The position numbers and the translations under genes were made by a program. The notes under the pieces are model-generated. The model did no database searches, was not told where the DNA came from, and worked only from the letters and a program-made list of their open reading frames with translations. 64,000 bases of DNA from an uncultured Candidatus Saccharibacteria bacterium. GTDB lineage: Bacteria > Patescibacteriota > Minisyncoccia > Phycocordibacterales > CSBR16-119. The stretch is taken from positions 26,935 to 90,934 of the forward strand of contig CAZZCB010000001.1 in the NCBI GenBank assembly GCA_964652835.1. The letters run 5' to 3'. Each line of letters begins with the position of its first letter. Within the stretch, counting starts at the first letter, position 1. Below are positions 61,923-64,000 of the stretch, in pieces.

Positions 61923-62109
61923 GATTAAAAAAATTTAAAGCTAAAGTAAGTTAGAAGTATTATAGTATTTTTATGGAAAACATTTTTATAAATAAAAATG
62001 TTTATAAACTGTGGATAACTACATTATATAAAACAAAAATTCTTTTTAAAAATTTATTAGGCATTAACCATTGATTTATTTTTATGTCTAGTATATAATC
62101 CTCCTACTT
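61923..62109. other. oriC segment upstream of dnaA (AT-rich, one consensus DnaA box at 62010-62018)
   Basis: tgtggataa plus AT-rich stretches. Confidence 0.5.
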
Positions 62110-62256
62110 ATGTCATTTACATATAGTCCAAAAAAGAAAAAAAGAGCTCGAACTCATGGATTTCTAGCGAGAACAGCCACAACAAGTGGAAAGAAAATCC
62201 TAACAAATCGCCGAAGAAAAGGGCGAGCTAAATTGACTGTATCTAAACCTAGATAA
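62110..62256 (+). CDS. rpmH: 50S ribosomal protein L34
   Basis: Not in ORF track (48 aa). Translation [48 protein letters not shown] matches L34. Confidence 0.85.
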   Translation: MSFTYSPKKKKRARTHGFLARTATTSGKKILTNRRRKGRAKLTVSKPR

Positions 62257-62265
62257 TTTATTTCT

Positions 62266-62604
62266 ATGATTCCTAAGACAAATAGGATATCTAAAGGGTT
62301 TTTTGAGGAAATTAACAAAAACGGGAAAGGTCTATCTTCCCCGTTTTTGTCTATTAAATATCTTAAAAATGACCAGAAAATAAGCCTTTTTGCGACCGTT
62401 GTATCAAAAAAGGTCTCAAAAATATCTCCAAAAAGGAATTTAATCAAAAGAAGGGTTAATTCTGTGGTGAATAACCATAAAAGTCTTATAAAACCAGGCT
62501 TTTTTGTTGTTTTCTATATAAAACCAGGTGCTTTAGACCGAACTTTTGATCAAATAAAAGGAGAAACTCTTGATTTACTTAAAAAATCAGGGCTTTTGGT
62601 ATAA
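62266..62604 (+). CDS. rnpA: RNase P protein component
   Basis: Position after rpmH. Basic 112-aa protein with RnpA pattern. Confidence 0.8.
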   Translation: MIPKTNRISKGFFEEINKNGKGLSSPFLSIKYLKNDQKISLFATVVSKKVSKISPKRNLIKRRVNSVVNNHKSLIKPGFFVVFYIKPGALDRTFDQIKGETLDLLKKSGLLV

Positions 62605-62611
62605 TAAAAAG

Positions 62612-62848
62612 ATGAAATACTTATTTATGGGCCTTATCTGGCTTTACCAAAAGCTAATATCCCCTATTTTCTATCTTTTGGGTGTCAGATGCCGGTTTTA
62701 CCCAACCTGTTCACACTACTCGATGGAAGCATTCCAAAAACACGGATTTTTAAAGGGTTTTTGGCTCTCAACCCGCCGAATCTCAAGATGTCACCCATGG
62801 GGAGGTTCTGGGGTGGATAATGTTCCGGAAAAACAAATAAAACTTTGA
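62612..62848 (+). CDS. yidD: membrane protein insertion efficiency factor YidD
   Basis: [12 protein letters not shown]...[14 protein letters not shown]...HPWGG. Start set at the internal ATG after the rnpA stop. Confidence 0.85.
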   Translation: MKYLFMGLIWLYQKLISPIFYLLGVRCRFYPTCSHYSMEAFQKHGFLKGFWLSTRRISRCHPWGGSGVDNVPEKQIKL

Positions 62849-62878
62849 AAATCCGTCATTTTACGTTAAAATCAAGAA

Positions 62879-63616
62879 ATGTTTAATACCATTTTTTATG
62901 AACCAATATATAACGCTTTAGTCTACCTTATTAACGTTATTCCTGGCGGAGATATTGGTTTGGCTATTATTTTACTTACTATTATTATTAAATTTATCCT
63001 TCTCCCTCTTCACCGAAAAGCTATTATTAGCCAAATAAAGCTCAAACAGCTAGAACCAAAGATAAATGAAATAAAGGCAAAATACACAGACAAGCAAGAA
63101 CAAGCAACAAAAACTTTTGAATTATATAAGCAAGAAAAGATAAACCCACTTTCTGGATGTTTACCAATCTTGATCCAGCTCCCTATTATCTTCGCGCTAT
63201 ACAAAGTTTTCTTAAACGGATTCGATTTTACTTCCTTGGAACATCTTTACTCTTTTATAAAAGCGCCAGAAACTATAAACGTGAATTTCTTGGGAGAGTT
63301 TGATCTCGGCGCGCGAAATCTTTTCCTTGCGGTCTTGGCCGGAGTCACTCAGTTTTTCCAAATAGACTTAGCCGTGAAAAGAAATCCAGAAGTTAAGAAC
63401 GATGGATCGATGCAAGCAAATATTTCAAACATGATGAGTAAGCAAATGAGATTTATAATGCCGGTGTTTGTTGGATTTATCTCATACCAAATCTCTGGAG
63501 CCATCGCCCTTTACTGGTCTGTTAACAACATCTTCACAACGGTTCAAGAAGTTTTGATTAACAAAAAGATGGCGAAAAAGCAGGAAGTAATAGAGGCTGA
63601 GATTATCAATAAATAA
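62879..63616 (+). CDS. yidC: YidC/Oxa1-family membrane protein insertase (short, Gram-positive type)
   Basis: Conserved YidC TM core; synteny. Confidence 0.85.
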   Translation: MFNTIFYEPIYNALVYLINVIPGGDIGLAIILLTIIIKFILLPLHRKAIISQIKLKQLEPKINEIKAKYTDKQEQATKTFELYKQEKINPLSGCLPILIQLPIIFALYKVFLNGFDFTSLEHLYSFIKAPETINVNFLGEFDLGARNLFLAVLAGVTQFFQIDLAVKRNPEVKNDGSMQANISNMMSKQMRFIMPVFVGFISYQISGAIALYWSVNNIFTTVQEVLINKKMAKKQEVIEAEIINK

Positions 63617-63626
63617 TATTTAGCTT

Positions 63627-64000
63627 ATGGAAACAGAAATCAAAAAGATAATAGAAGAATTACTCAGTAAGCTTGGGTTTGATTTTCCAAATGTTTCTAG
63701 TGAGCTTGATATGGACTCTGGATCTTTTTGGTTCTCTGTGGAAAGTAAAGATTCTAATTTTTTAATAGGAAAAGACGGTGAAACTATACAATCTCTGAAT
63801 TTCTTACTGAAAAGATTTGTTGAGAAAAAATACAAAGAAAATACTCCTCACGTAACACTCGATGTAAATAATTATCAAAAAGCAAAAGTTGAAAAGATAA
63901 AAACCATTGCACATATGATGTCTGAACGCGCTCGATTTTTCAAAAGCAAGATAGAGCTAGAGCCGATGAATTCATTTGAAAGAAGAATAGTCCACGAATA
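63627..64000 (+). CDS. jag: Jag/KhpB-like KH + R3H RNA-binding protein (5' part; runs off window)
   Basis: METEIKKIIEELLSKLGFDF (Jag_N), KH (LIGKDGETIQSLNFL) and start of R3H (ELEPMNSFERRIVHE). No stop before window end. Confidence 0.75.
   Translation, partial: METEIKKIIEELLSKLGFDFPNVSSELDMDSGSFWFSVESKDSNFLIGKDGETIQSLNFLLKRFVEKKYKENTPHVTLDVNNYQKAKVEKIKTIAHMMSERARFFKSKIELEPMNSFERRIVHE

Noticed and set aside
1-64000. Alternative genetic code (UGA recoding, as in some ultrasmall lineages)
   Set aside because: Long conserved genes (dnaA, pnp, nusA, pcrA, PBP1A) are full-length with standard stops, with no in-frame UGA needed.
1-64000. Diversity-generating retroelement or other RT-based system
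   Set aside because: No reverse-transcriptase-like ORF and no template/variable repeat pair detected. The only near-identical repeats are the 69-bp tandem array and the short regulatory elements listed in the findings.

Overview
The backbone is low-GC (about 33% by eye) with compact, co-directional genes, and looks like a reduced Gram-positive-like or CPR/Patescibacteria-like genome (inference). It carries an origin-proximal housekeeping block: dnaA, dnaN, rpmH, rnpA, yidD, yidC and jag with DnaA boxes, plus nusA, ppa, tig, clpP, rsmA, pcrA, comM, pnp, pilB, ruvB, ruvC, tyrS and a PBP1A gene. Three things stand out.

- **T4SS-like locus (6925-21445, minus strand).** A Gram-positive-style type IV secretion locus: a PrgI/VirB3-like protein, a VirB4 ATPase split into two translationally coupled ORFs, a VirB6/TrbL-like polytopic membrane protein, and several large secreted or surface proteins. 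A 1700-aa giant protein lies next to it.
- **High-GC single-gene islands.** At least five small islands (about 48-60% GC) each encode a secreted, outer-membrane or membrane-anchored protein, including a Gram-negative-type beta-barrel OMP next to a tRNA-Val. Each sits behind the same consensus TTGACA / TGcTATAAT promoter and has its own GC-rich terminator.
- **Cassette-like block (45.1-49.2 kb).** Two tandem CysK-like paralogs in which the PLP-binding lysine is replaced by a conserved HYxR. They carry identical palindromic leader elements 14 nt upstream of the start codon. The block also contains an SDR oxidoreductase gene and three copies of a 48-bp palindromic intergenic element showing compensatory substitutions.

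No CRISPR array, rRNA, transposase, integrase or reverse transcriptase was seen.
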